A stretch of 64,000 nt of DNA from Felis catus (lineage: Eukaryota): the NCBI RefSeq assembly GCF_018350175.1, contig NC_058373.1, forward strand, positions 101,062,001 through 101,126,000, read 5' to 3'. The translations under genes were made by a program, and so were the position numbers. Each line of letters starts with the position of its first letter. Positions within the stretch are counted from its first letter, which is position 1. Under the pieces are notes generated by a model. The model was not told where the DNA came from. It searched no databases and saw nothing but the letters and a program-made list of their open reading frames with translations. Positions 24,251 to 37,325 of the stretch are shown here, piece after piece.

Positions 24251-25899
24251 CAAAGTGTTGTTCGAAAGGTATTGGGCACTAAAAATAACAGATTCCCACT
24301 ACAGTTATCATGGTAATTACAGTATCTCGTGCATAGGCCATGGGACCACCTCAGCTTAACAGTAAACAGTGGTTGGTGGTTCAAACAATAGTTCCTTTGG
24401 AGAGCTATGTATCACTTATTAAATGCTCAAGATTCTCTTTTATATTATCATGGAAAATTGATTTTTTAATAAACATACTATTTTGAAATACTCAATATGG
24501 AGTATCCCTTTACTTACTCCTCATTCCCAAATAAACTCATTGTTTTATAATAGCAAAAACGTTGGGAAGAACTTCATCTCTATCATTAAGGCACCAATTA
24601 AATAAAACACATATTGGGAAGCTGTCCAAGACAAACTGATATGTGCAAAGAGCTGATTACAAAACTATATAAATAGTAAATATGGTATAATTTTGTTAGT
24701 ATAAAATCTAACATTTATCTAATCTATCCATCTACTTTGTATATGGTAATATGCTCATAGTGCAAAGCATTTCCAAAACGGGTATTCAATGCACAGCATG
24801 ATCTAAAACTGGGTGACGTTAGGGTGCAGATGGGAAGATCTTATTTTCATTCCTAAATTCTTTCCCTATAAGCATATATAACTTTGATGTTTAGAAAAGA
24901 AATTAATACAGTTGAAAAAAAATAAAAGGAAATGTTTCAGAGCTAGGAGTTAGATATCAACTGAATTCAAGCCAAGTGTACAGATAGGAGTGTCTGAAAT
25001 GGTTTTCCCCTTTCTGGTGATGATATATTTGGAAAGGTCTGCTAGGGTGTTTCTAAGGAAACTTAGCAGCGAAGTCCAAACTATCATCTCCATCAAAAAA
25101 AAAAAAAAAAAAAAAAAAAGGGAGTTGGTCTGTGCGTTATGGGAAGATAAAAAGGGGAAGTGAACTGAATATTACATTAATAACAAAAGTAAATATCTTT
25201 GTTTAAAACAACAACAGTCCTGCAGCTATTGAATCTCAGCAGACAGAACCAGACGAGAACAGCACCAACTGCCCAGATAAGACCCTGCCAAGAGTGAAAG
25301 TATCAGCAGGAGGAAATGTATGCTAGTCTAAAACTCAATTAATTTCATCAAGGGTATCACTGAGAACAAATTATCATGTCTGATAACACAAAACCTTAGC
25401 AAGCCAAAGGACAAAGATAACGTTCAAGTTCAAAGACTCACAGTTTACTTTGTTTTTAGCAAGCTCCATTTTGTCTAAACCTAAGAGGAATAATTAACGG
25501 ATGTTTCCTGTGCTGTCTCTGGTATTAATTAAAACTGCCCAGTGGTACCGATATGAGAACAATAGGAATGGAGCCAGCCAGGTTCATGTGCACTGCTGTT
25601 GCACATCAACGAAGGAATTTGCTTTCGGTAGTAGCTGAATTTCACTTCTTCATCCTTGGAGTTAAAGCAACGCAAAGTGTACCCTTTTTCTCCATAACTG
25701 CCCTTCCTTGTTCTTTGATCAAGGTGAGGTGAAAGTGTGACATCCACACAAGCACTGAAAGGACACTACTCTGCAGGTGATCGAAGTCTCCGCAATAGCC
25801 ATTGGCTCGTGCGCATCTGATCACCATTGTTTGCTCACCCAGATGGGGCTGTTTTTGCTTTTGCTTTTTGATGTATTAAAGAAAAATGTAGAGTTGAGG

Positions 25900-26290
25900 A
25901 AACAGCTTAGGAATGAAGGCTGTGGCTCTGTGTTCTCACTCCCAACTGTGACTCATATCTCTAATGAGGCTTGTGGCAGGCCACTTAACTCGTATGTCTC
26001 AGTGTCTCCATCCATAAAATAGAAATGGCAGCACCATACACTGGGCAAAGGGTTTTTGAAATTAGCTGATCGGTGTAAAGAAATCTGAAAGAAGAAAGAA
26101 ATCTGTCTATCTATCATCTATCTCCTGGCAATTAGGGTTGTTAAATGATAAAACAAATTGTTGTCATGGAGGAGGACTTGAAAAACAGAGTAAGTTTCCA
26201 TTTCACCGGGGTGGTCCTAAAGGATCTGAAGGCAAATATTGGTACTAGATAACCCCTTCAGGTCTTTTCCAGTTCTATGACTTCATAGCG
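25900..26290 (+). mobile_element. MIR and MIR3/CR1-type fragments
   Basis: 'gtctcagtgtctccatccataaaatag' MIR core; 'actagataaccccttcaggtcttttccagttctatga' CR1/MIR3-like 3' end. Confidence 0.5.
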
Positions 26291-28859
26291 CCAAGTCCTG
26301 AGAGATGGTCTGGGTTATGTCTACAAAAGTGAACACTCTAGTCATCAAAAGGCACTGATATACCATAGTTCTCGGGTGTTTTACAAATTGGGCAAAACTG
26401 CTGAACTATGAAGACGTTGTACATCTCAACTAGAAGAGTTCTTGCAAACTTAGGGAGATGTTCTAAAATCGTGACTTGTACCCATGAATTTCAGCAAAGA
26501 CATTGGATTGCTTTCTTTCAATTAAAATTCTAAAGGAGCTCAAAGGGCTGGAGAAGAGATGATACAGAAACTGCTTTCAAATACAGACAAACACTCCCAC
26601 ACACAAATAAAATAATTTAATGAACATATGGATTTTTGCAAATGCTGAAGCTTCTGCCAATTTTGCAGTTAATATTTCTGAAAGTCAGCATATGCTGATC
26701 ACCATGTGTTTATAAAACATTCTCAATAGTGAAGACAAAAGACTGTGCTTTGGCACGTTTACTAACCACATGGGCAATTATATCAGACTCTTACTTCACC
26801 CCAAAACCAGGAGGGTAAAGTAAGGAAGCCTCTTCTGCAGCTTTATGTGATCTGTGTTAATACCTTAGGACTCCTGACGTAATTGCTTTCGGTGTGAACA
26901 GCTCACCAACATAAAAACAAACGAAAATAGTCCTTTAAGTATTTAGTAATTGTAAAAATATTTGGGAAGATGAAAACGTGGGATTTTGTGTGATATTTTC
27001 CAATGACAGCTGGAAATATGATTTTTCTTTACTTCAGGAAACTAAAACCTCTGGGATTTTTCAAATGTTTATTTTGGACAAAGACTATGAAAACATTCAG
27101 TATTTGCCCTGGTGCCATTTGAAGCTCATGTTTTGTACGTTTGGGCCGTTTGGGTCTGAGATGTGCTCAAGCACATTTTCGTTTGAGTAGATGTAGCTTT
27201 GACATGCAGCAAAACACTATCCGTCACAGACTTGTGGCTGTGCAGAAAAACTCAACCCATGAATTCGTATCTTTAAAAATGTCTTCTTTCAAGCTTGTGA
27301 TCCTTTGGGGAGGTCTGAAAGTCAGGAATTTAAGACTTTCCCTAAATAAAGGGGTTCTGGTACATCTGGAAGATGCATTTTTTTTCTCTTCCTTTTAGAG
27401 GCACTGGATTTAAAGCTAACCTACACATTGAGATGCCAGGAGAGCCTCACAGTTGTCATTCTGTCTTCTCCTACCAGGACTTGTATTAGAAGAGAGACAG
27501 TCCCTGATGATTTATGGAGTAAAACCGCTTTTCTAGAACAGACCCTCTCGCAGCTCTTCTCTCAAGAGTTACACCTGTGCCTTCTTTTTGTGGGAGTGGG
27601 GGAGTGACTATTTTCTCATTTACTTTATCAGCAAGTCTTGCAGAAGCCTTGTGTCAGTGTTCTCCTGCTTTGCCGCCATGTTTTTTCACCTGCTTAAGGT
27701 TATGGGTTCACAATCCCTTGGGCATCTTAAGACAAGTTCCCACTCCTGATGCAGGGAGTGAAGAAGTAGGTTTGAGAAAGACAAAGATGTAAGTGAGAAG
27801 GATAGTTAATGTAGGCAAAATGGGGCAAGGTCAGGGAGTAGTCTGGGAATACCTATGTGGGACTAGGTATTTCTCATCTCCTTTCTACAGAGATGAGTTT
27901 GTCTTTCTAGCAGAGGTCTCATCTAGCCCAGGTCTACCCTGAAGTCTCACAGTAGAGCTCAGAAAAAAACTGCTTTGCTTCTTGTCCCCAGTGTGGTTTC
28001 CTTGGCTGGGGGACCTGGATCAGCAGACTGTCTAGTAAAGCACAGAGCTCCCTGCCCCCTAGAAATGTACAGGCAGCAACCAGATGCCTATATACTCAGA
28101 CGTGGCAGAGATGGGCATTGTGATTTGTTTTTACTGTAATTTTAACCTAAATCTTAAATCTATTCTTGAATCCATGTCAAAACCTAGTAATACAACATGA
28201 TTTTTAGCCATAGAGCCATATTTTCCAAAGAAAATTTTGTGTGAAAACCCAGTATACAAAACAGCTGAAAGTAGAGCTATTCTTCGTCCATGATGGAGCA
28301 GGGGCTTGAGACCCAGCTCACTCAACTTCCCTCCAATCCATGAGAACCTATCCTCAGAGCATCATATAAAAATCATTGCTATAACCAAACACCTGTGCCT
28401 TTGCGTCCACACACACCCAGCACAACACATACTCACAAGTGGATTTTCTTTTTTTCCCTTTGTGAGTAATATATGACCAGGCTTCAGTGTTCCTGTGGCC
28501 TATACATGAAACAGTCCATGGATTGTATCCACTTATTCATAAATGTTTACTAAGTGCCCATTGTGTGCCAGGCACAGTCCTGGTAGCAGGGATACGGTGA
28601 TGAATCACACAAGTCCCTGTCCACAGAGAAATGTACTGCATATGAGGCATTAGTGAAATGATAAGGTGGTTGCAAAACATCAGCTTCCCATTTCTATCCC
28701 CCGTCCTCCCCTTTGCCTTCTCCTCTACAACCTCTAACTCAGGAATCCAATGCTCTGTGGCATCTTCCTTTGTGTCACTTATCACCACTTCAGGTGAATT
28801 CTTGAAGAATTAAGTTGGCATTGGAAGGGGAGTTGGATCCCGGCACAGATCATCTGGAA

Positions 28860-29420
28860 AAGCCTGAAAGTTTTTGTCCGATACAATAGTGTGACATGTT
28901 CACAAAACGACCTCGGCTTCATGAACAGCAACTTGGCTTCTGGTGACATGAATGTCTAGCCCTTCTCTCTTGCCTCTCTTTGGACCACTTCCAGTTTGGG
29001 AGCCATTTCAGTAAGGAAATTGATCAACCAGAGGTAAAGTAGGACTATGGAAGAGGCCACTTAAACAAAGAATGCCTCAAATAAATGGGGATATTTAGCC
29101 TGAAGAGGACAAAATGCCTTCACTCTGTGTGTGCAGAGGATGAGTGGGGAGGAGAAAGGCAAATGAAAGTGATAGCCTACCATCTGATAGAGCTCTTGTG
29201 TTAAAGAGGGAACCTCTTGATCTATATATTCTACAAGGCAGAGCCAGGATCAATGAGTGAACTTCAAAGAGAAGAATATTTGGGCTCAATATAAAAGAGA
29301 CTTTCCTAAGTATTACAATGTCCCACCCATGAAATAGACTGCCTCAAACAGGAGGGAGTGCCCTGTAACTGAAAACATTCAGGTTAGGACTAAATAACCG
29401 TCAATTAGGGTGACGTCATG
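28860..29420 (+). mobile_element. CR1/L3 LINE 3' fragment
   Basis: 'ccagtttgggagcca', 'ggggatatttagcctgaagagga', 'gggagtgccctgtaactgaaaacattcagg' resemble the L3 3' region. Confidence 0.6.
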
Positions 29421-29541
29421 AAGATTCTGCAATTGTGTCAACAAGCGGCTGTTGTGTACCTGTCATACAGATGCTGGGAGACACAGAGAGGAAGAAGTGC
29501 TTCCTCCCTCACAGAGCTCACTTTTAAGGAGACCAACATGT

Positions 29542-30166
29542 GGTGGGAATGCAAACTGGTGCAGCCACTCTGGAAAACAGTGTGGAGGTTCCTCAGAAAA
29601 TTAAAAATAGACCTACCCTATGACCCAGCAATAGCACTGCTAGGAATTTACCCAAGGGATATAGGAGTGCTGATGCATAGGGGCACTTGTACCCCAATGT
29701 TCATAGCAGCACTCTCAACAATAGCCAAATTGTGGAAAGAGCCTAAATGTCCATCAACTGATGAATGGATAAAGAAATTGTGGTTTATATACACAATGGA
29801 GTACTACATGGCAATGAGAAAGAATGAAATATGGCCCTTTGTAGCAACGTGGATGGAACTGGAGAGTGTGATGCTAAGTGAAATAAGCCATACAGAGAAA
29901 GACAGATACCATATGGTTTCACTCTTATGTGGATCCTGAGAAACTTAACAGAAACCCATGGGGGAGGGGAAGGAAAAAAAAAAAGAGGTTAGAGTGGGAG
30001 AGAGCCAAAGCATAAGAGACTTTAAAAACTGAGAACTGAGGGTTGATGGGGGGTGGGAGGGAGGGGAGGGTGGGTGATGGGTATTGAGGAGGGCACCTTT
30101 TGGGATGAGCACTGGGTGTTGTATGGAAACCAATTTGACAATAAATTTCATATATTGAAAAAAAAA
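29542..30166 (+). mobile_element. Young 5'-truncated felid L1 with TSD
   Basis: ORF2 C-terminus nearly identical to the full-length L1 at 47477; 3'UTR and polyA; TSD taaggagaccaacatgt at 29525-29541 and 30167-30183. Confidence 0.96.
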
Positions 30167-30974
30167 TAAGGAGACCAACATGTAAACAAACCAATAAAGA
30201 CAAGTTAGTATAATCCGTGCAATTAAAAGAAAGTGCACCAAGTTTAACTAGTGAAGAAAGAAAAATTGATGCTGTGCAGGGGATAGGAGAAGACAGAATG
30301 GAACCAGAGAAGATTTCAGGGAGAAGGTGATGCTTGAGCAGATCTGAGCAGAAGTATTGTGTGGATCCTGTTGTCCAATAAGCGGTGGTCCATACAGAGG
30401 ACATGTGGGGTGGTTGGATATGCAAAAGGCATGAGGGTAGGAAGAGCGTAGCTTATCAGGGAAGCAAATGGTTTGAAATGTCCAGAGCATGAAGTGGTGG
30501 GAGAAGTGAGGAGATGGGGAGTGGCCGAAGACCAGAGGAGACAGGAGGCTAAGAAAGAGAACGGCCTTTGATCTTCAACATAAGGGCCCCTCTCACAGAG
30601 ATGAGAGGAAATGCGTAGGGATATGGAGAGGGTGAGGGCTGGTCAGTGAGATAAATATGGTTGGTGACAATATAGTTCACAGTGAAGTAAATGACGAATG
30701 GCTCAGAGTAAGAGGAATGAAGGCTGTGTGTGTGTGTGTTGCAGAGACTGTCACAAAGGGTTAGCCTAATTGTGGGCAGTGTGAAAGAAAGGTAAAATAA
30801 TTCGAAGATGGCACTGAGGACCCACAATGAGGATGAAACCTGTAGCATCTGTCCACGTGGGCCTGTGATTTTTCTTCAGAGCACTCAGATGTGTGGGAGG
30901 TCAGAATAGACGGCATCCAAAGTCTTTTCTAAATTTAAGACTCCCCAGTTCCATCCTTTTTTGCATATACCACA

Positions 30975-31465
30975 CATTTTGCCAAGTGAAATGATATAAT
31001 TCAACAGTTTTTAATATATTCACAGGGTTGTGTAACTATTACCACAGTAACTTTTGGAACATTCTCATCGCCCCAAAAGAAACCTTGTACCCATTAGCAG
31101 TCACTCCCTATTCCCTCCCCTTACCCTAGCTTCTGGCAGTAACTAATCTATTTTCTATACTTATCATTGTGCCTATTCTGGACATTTCATATAAATAGAA
31201 TCATGTAATATGTGGCCTTTTGTGACTGGCTACTTTCACTTAGCATAACATTTTCAAAATCCAACCATGTTGTAGCATGAATCAGTAGTCTATTCCTATT
31301 TGGGGCTGAATAATATTCCATTATAAGGATATATCATGTTTATTTATCCATTCATCAGTCAGTGGGCATTAGGTTGATTCCACTTCAGGGCTATTTTGAG
31401 TAATTCTGCTTTGAACATTCATATACAAGTTTTCGTGTGGATGCCTGTTTTCATTTCTTTTGGCA
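30975..31465 (-). mobile_element. L1MB-like 3' end
   Basis: 'ccccaaaagaaaccttgtacccattagcagtcactccc' and 'tttcacttagcataa' in reverse L1 3' orientation. Confidence 0.8.
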
Positions 31466-31682
31466 TGTTGAATAATTTTTGGACCCCTACTGCCTGGGCT
31501 GTTATATGACTTCACTGTTTTTCCACACTACAGCAACATTTCTAAGTTATATTGTGGAATCTTCACCTCATCAACTCCCTAAAAATACAAAATAAAGGTC
31601 TATCTAGATAGACTTTTGTTTTCTTCCTGAGGAAGGCCTGTCTGTAGGTTTCAAGGCATGAGGCATATCCAAAGAAGCCTCA

Positions 31683-31912
31683 GGGCACCTGGGTGGCTCA
31701 GCTGGTTAAGCATCTGACTCTTGTTTTCAGCTTAGGTCATGCTCTCAAGTTTGGTGAGATCGAGCCCTGCATCAGGCTCTGCACTGACAGCATGGAGCCT
31801 GCCTGGGATTCTCTCTCTCCTCTCCTCTGCTCCTTCCCCTGCTCACTCTCGCTCTCTCTTGCTCTCTTTCAAAATAAATAAATAAATACATAAATAAATA
31901 TGAAAAAAAAAA
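31683..31912 (+). mobile_element. CanSINE
   Basis: Head, CT tract, (AAAT)n tail. Confidence 0.9.
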
Positions 31913-31948
31913 CCTTATATGCTGTTGTCTTTACATAAAAACATTATA

Positions 31949-32032
31949 TGTAAATTTACAGATAAATATTATATATATGAATATATGAATGAATATATAT
32001 GAATATATATAATGTTTATCTGTAAATTTACA
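31949..32032. repeat. 30-bp inverted repeat (29/30) with 24-nt AT-rich spacer
   Basis: 31949-31978 pairs with 32003-32032 with one T:G mismatch. Confidence 0.92.
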
Positions 32033-33474
32033 GTGTAAACAGACTATATATTATTATAGAATATTATTTTTTCATCTGATTAACAGAAAATCATTTGCCT
32101 CCTAGTTGTGGGCTCATAGTCGTTTCATCATCTTGAAATGATTCTCCTCTCCTATCTGCTCTGCCTAATAAGGACACTTGAAAGGGGACAATTTAGGCAC
32201 AGTTACAGTGGGGCAGCAGATGCCTTTTTCATGCTAGAAGGGATACCTGGTCAAAGTACTCCTGAGTAACTTTATGTTGGGGGAGGGGGAATATGGTTAA
32301 CTCTTTACTTGCATGAGTCCCTCCTCAGCAATACTGGAAAGGAAAAAGGAAAAACAGGCCCTATTGCATGGTCCAAGTCTTCATACTTTACCACAGAGCT
32401 GAATAAAGGGGATTTATTAATAGGAAACTAGCTTAAAAAGCATTACTATTTGAGCTTGTATGTGGGTTACCTATTCCTGTAGGCTGCCATGTCTGGGAGG
32501 GCCTTCTCCTAATGCCACTCATAATGCCACTAGGGAAGTAAAAACAAAAAACAAAAAACAAAAACAGAAACAAAACTCTCTCTGTCATTAGGCCTGCAAG
32601 ATCTCTGGCATTGGCCTTGTAGTGAGCTAGCTCTTCCCTGAGATCTCCTCTGCCTGGGAACCCCCTCATAGCACTATTCTTCAGAGTTGCTTCTGTGCCT
32701 TCTCCCAGTGAGGATTTTTCTTATTCCCTTTCCCTGCAACTCTTGTGGTAGGATCTCTGTTTCCCTAGTTTCACCCTTTTCCATGCTTCTCTGAAAACCA
32801 ACACAGATTCAGGAATATAGGAAGGAGGTAGAGTTGAGATGAAGACTAATTCAGAAAGTTTTGAAAGGTTTCTTCTCCAGCTCCCTGCCTCTTTGCCCCA
32901 AGTCTTTCCATACTCCCAGATTGTTCTTTCTTCCATATGTTTCCTATTTGGCCAGGAGCTTGCTCTCCACTCTCTTCAGTGAACCAGATGTGAGGACATT
33001 CACCCTACTCCCATCAGGGGAGGGGCACTCTCACCACAGAGTGATTTATAATCTAGTTTAGAGATCAGTATTTTATAAGAACCTCTCCAACAGCCACCAT
33101 GGAATGTTCTTACAAATTACAGGATGATCCATGCTGACATTATCCAATTTAATAACTGTCTACCAGCAGATATGGAGAGATCGCCAGCCTTGCTAAAAGT
33201 GGACGAATGAAAAGACAAAATTTAACTGAATCAAAATGGAACTGGACAGGTGAGGTGATGCTCTTAATCAGAAGAAATCATTCAGAGTATCATAAATTGT
33301 TCTCTGCCTGTCACCAAACCTAAATCTTATAGCTAATTCCTAAGGGCTTTAGCAACAAATGTTTTTAACAGAAAATAATGCTATCAGGAACGTTTTAAAA
33401 ATATTTTAAATGGTGATTGAGGGCTTCTGTTTCTAAGAAAGATGGAGTAGAAAGCAATAGAACACCACTCCTCT

Positions 33475-33583
33475 GGGTTGCTTGGCTGACTCAGTTGGTG
33501 GAGCATGTGGTTCAATCTCGGGGTTGTGAGTTTAAGCCCCACTTTGGGTACAGAGATCACTTTTAAAAAATCTCAAAAAAAAA
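33475..33583 (+). mobile_element. Short CanSINE variant
   Basis: tRNA-like head and A tail; degenerate TSD agaacac(c/t)actcc(c)tct. Confidence 0.82.
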
Positions 33584-33745
33584 AGAACACTACTCCCTCT
33601 GTAACAGCTAAAAGAGCCAGATAATTGAAAAAATATATATATAAATATGTATATAGAGAGAGTTTAATATATTTTAAAGTGTATATATAGCATACATTTA
33701 TATACATAATTTAAAGAACATTATTACTATATCTATATAACTATA

Positions 33746-34273
33746 AGTTGACCCTCATTATTCACAGATTCCTTAACTGAGAGTTCATTTATCCAAGAAA
33801 AATGTATTTTTAATGCTAAAATCGAAGTTCACAGTGCTTTTTGGTCATTTGAGATATGCATATGAACAGAACGGCAAAGAATTTGAGTGGCCCCACATGC
33901 ATGTTCCCAGCTGAGCTCAACCAAGGCAACGACACTCTGATTCTTATTTCAGCTTTCATACGGTACACAAGTGTCCTTTTCATTATCTGTTTAGGTCCAT
34001 GTTTTTTGCATTTTGGGGCTTTTTGTTGGTGATTTTGCTTTTTAAAATGACCCTTAGCTAAAGTGCTAAATTCAATAACAGCATGATGTGCTTTATGAAG
34101 AAAATAGATATGTTAGGTAGCACATGAGTTATAGCACTGTTGGCTGTGAATTCAACATTAATGAAGTAACAGTATACATCAAATAATCTAATCATGCATT
34201 TCTCCTACGGACAATGATTCAGTCTTTGCTAATTCAGTGTTGGTGAATTTAACTATCTCAAATAATGAAACTC

Positions 34274-34278
<5 letters not shown>
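33746..34278. mobile_element. Tigger-like (TcMar) non-autonomous DNA transposon
   Basis: Imperfect TIRs: agttgaccctcattatt versus reverse complement of aataatgaaactcaactg; preceded by TA. Confidence 0.7.
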
Positions 34279-34310
<32 letters not shown>

Positions 34311-35049
34311 TTTTACATATATATTTTTATTTGTATGTATATTTGTATAGTTTTTACACATATGTGCATATATATTTGAAGATATATATATTTGTGCATA
34401 TATATTTGAGCGATGTGTTGCAAGGAGGGCTGAATGAACTAAAATAGCAAGCATAGCAAGCCCTACAAGGAAGCAGGCTATTGCCGGCCACTTACTTACC
34501 TGGAGGTATTTGCAAATTGTGAGTGAGGACAAAAGATAAGACTTGAGGGAGAAGTGAAGCCAACAAGGCTTTTAGTTGCTGTTAAAGACAACTCTATCAA
34601 ACCAGAAACTTCTGGACCTCTAAAACATGGTGGCCATTTCCCTCCATCTCTCACCCAGCAATATTTGGGAGATAAAGTACTACATGAAGAAGAGGGACTT
34701 CATTAAACACAGGACTGGTCTTCTCCTTAAGACATTTGAAATATTTGCCAGATCATGGATCAGAAGGCTGGAGAAAACAGCTCAAAGCTACCAGAGAGAC
34801 ACTGACTCACTCAGCTTTTTGGGGTGGGAGATGGTATGGAGACCTGCCAGGCTTTCAATCACAAATTGGGAAGCTTTCTTCGAGACATTTGAAACCAGAG
34901 GTAGATTGAATTTAATTAAAGCTACATTCCAGCTCTATCCCAACTCACTTTTTGATTGGCTCTAGGGAGGAAAGGCCTTTCTGAGGAGAAAAGAATGCAA
35001 ACTTCAATCTCTACAATTCATTTATATGCAAAGTCTGACATAAAGTTTA

Positions 35050-35905
35050 GAAAAAAACAGGACATGTGAAGAAGCCTAAGAACAGTGATCAATATCAAAA
35101 ATAATCAATAGGAGCAGACTAATAGATGATTCAGGTGTTGGAATTAGCAGATAAGACCTAAGAGAATTACAATAAATATGTTAAATAAAATATAGAGAAA
35201 TATGGGCAAAATGGCTAAAAAAATCACTAATTTTAGCAGAGAATTGGAAACTGTAAAACCAGAAGGACCTTCTAGAGCTGAAAAATATAATGTCTTATAT
35301 TAAAAACTTAGCAGATGAAGTTTATAGTAGTCAAGACACAGCAATAAAAGGTCAATAAGAATACATTCAGACTCAAGGTTAGAGAGAAAAAAGGATAGAA
35401 AATTCTGGAACAGAGTGAAAGAGGTATAGTAAACAATGTGAGGTATAGTAAAACAATCTAGCATACATGTAATTTGAACTTCATAAGTGAGGAGAAAGGA
35501 CAGAAGTATTACCTGAAGAGATAATGGCCAATCATCAACCTATAGCGATTCAAGATCTCAGAGAACCACAACCAAGTAAATACAAAGAAAATCACGATTA
35601 AGCACATGATAGTCAAACTGCTGAAAATGAAAAATAAGGGGAAAAATGTTAAAAGTAGTTGGAGGAAAGAGACACATTACCTTCAGGGGGTCAACAACAA
35701 GAATTAAAGATGACTTCTTAGCAAAAACCATGGGTGCAGAGAACATCATTAAAGAGCTAAAGGAAAAACGCTGCCAACCTGCAATTCAGCACCCAGAAAA
35801 AGTATCTTTCAAAAGTGAAGGCAAATTAAAAGCAAAGCTGGTATTCCATACCAAAGCTGGTATATATTTCCAATATATCTTCACTACAATAAATAAAGTT
35901 CCTTA
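35050..35905 (+). mobile_element. Ancient L1M ORF1 fragment
   Basis: ITFRGSTTRIKDDF..TMGA..IIKELKEKRCQPAIQHPEKVSFKSEGK resembles the L1 ORF1 C-terminal domain. Confidence 0.8.
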
Positions 35906-35925
35906 GCTTTAGGGATATATGTACA

Positions 35926-37049
35926 GGTCGACCTTTGTGAGTTAGAGCCTGTTTATCCCTAGCTGCTTTCAGAATTTTCTCTTTGTCATTGTATTTTGCC
36001 AGTTTCACTGTGATATGTCATGCAGAAGATTGATTCAAGTTATGTCTGAAGGGAGTTCTCTGTGCCTCTTGGATTTCAATGTCTTTTTCCTTCCCCAGAT
36101 CAGGGAAGTTCTCAGCTATGATTTGTTAAGGTACACCTTCAGCCCCTTTCTCTCTCTCTTCTTCTGGAATTCCTATGATACAGATATTGTTCCATTTGAT
36201 TGCATCACTTAGTTCTCTAATTCTCCCCGCATACTCCTGGATTTTTTTTTATCTCTCTTTTTCTCAGCTTCCTCTTTTTCCATAATTTTATCTTCTAATT
36301 CACCTATTCTCTCTGCCTCTTCAATCCATGCTATGGCTGCCTCCATTTTATTTTGCACCTCATTTATAGAATTTTTCAACTATAAAAAATAGCTCATGAC
36401 TATTTCTTAGTCCCTTTATCTCTGTAGCAATAGATTCTCTGCTGTTCTCTATGCTTTTTTCAAGCCCTGCGATTAATTTTATGACGATTATTCTAAATTC
36501 TTGTTCCGTTATATTGCTTAAATCATTTTTGATCAATTCGTTAGCTGTCGCTACTTCCCGGACTTTCTTTTGAGGATAATTCTTCCATTTTGTCATTTTG
36601 GGTAGTCCCTGCAGTGGCTCCAAACTGCAGGACACTTCCCCTGTACTGTGGGGAGTAACTTGTGTTGGTGGGCAGGGCCACAGTCAGACCTGATGTCTGC
36701 CCCCAGCCCACTGCTGAGGCCACAGTCAGACTGGTGTAAACCTTATCTTCCCCTCTCCCAGGGGCAGGACTCACTGTGGAGTGGTGTGGCCCCTGCCTGG
36801 GCTACCTGCACACTGCCAGGCTTGTGGTGCTGTTCCAATGGGATCTGGCCAAGGGTGTATTAGCCCAGGGGGATCTGCAAGGTGCACAAGGGCAGGAGGG
36901 GAAGGCTTAGCTCACTTTGCAGTGGGTGGTCCCCTGTGGGAGGGGCCCTGCAGCACCGGGAGGGAGGCAGACCCCTCACTGTTGGGATGAGCATTGGGTG
37001 TTGTATGGAAACCACTTTGACAATTAATTTCATATTATTAAAAAAAAAA
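35926..37049. mobile_element. 5'-inverted (twin-primed) carnivore L1: antisense 5'UTR/ORF1 segment joined to sense 3' tip
   Basis: 35926-36976 is minus-strand ORF1/5'UTR; 36977-37049 is plus-strand L1 3' end with polyA; TSD gatatatgtaca at 35914-35925 and 37050-37061. Confidence 0.9.
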
Positions 37050-37122
37050 GATATATGTACAAACTTATCAAGCTGTCACTTGGGATTTATTAACCTTACT
37101 GTATTTAAAAAAATTTTTTTTA

Positions 37123-37325
37123 GGGGTGTCTGGGTGGCTCAATCAGTTAAGTGTCCAACTTCATTCAGGTCATGATCTCATGGTTCATGAGTTTGAGTCC
37201 ACATCAGGCTCTCTGCTGTCAGTGCAGAGCCTGGAGCCTGCTTTGGGTTCTGTGTCTGCTTCTCTCTCTGCACCTTCCCCACTCATGCTCTGTCTCTCTT
37301 CCTCTCTCAAAAATAAATAAGCATT
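37123..37325 (+). mobile_element. CanSINE
   Basis: Head, CT tract, tail. Confidence 0.9.

Noticed and set aside
29418..29939. 173-aa ORF starting in flanking DNA and reading into the L1 ORF2 C-terminus
   Set aside because: Chance in-frame fusion created by the truncated L1 insertion; no promoter or splice evidence.
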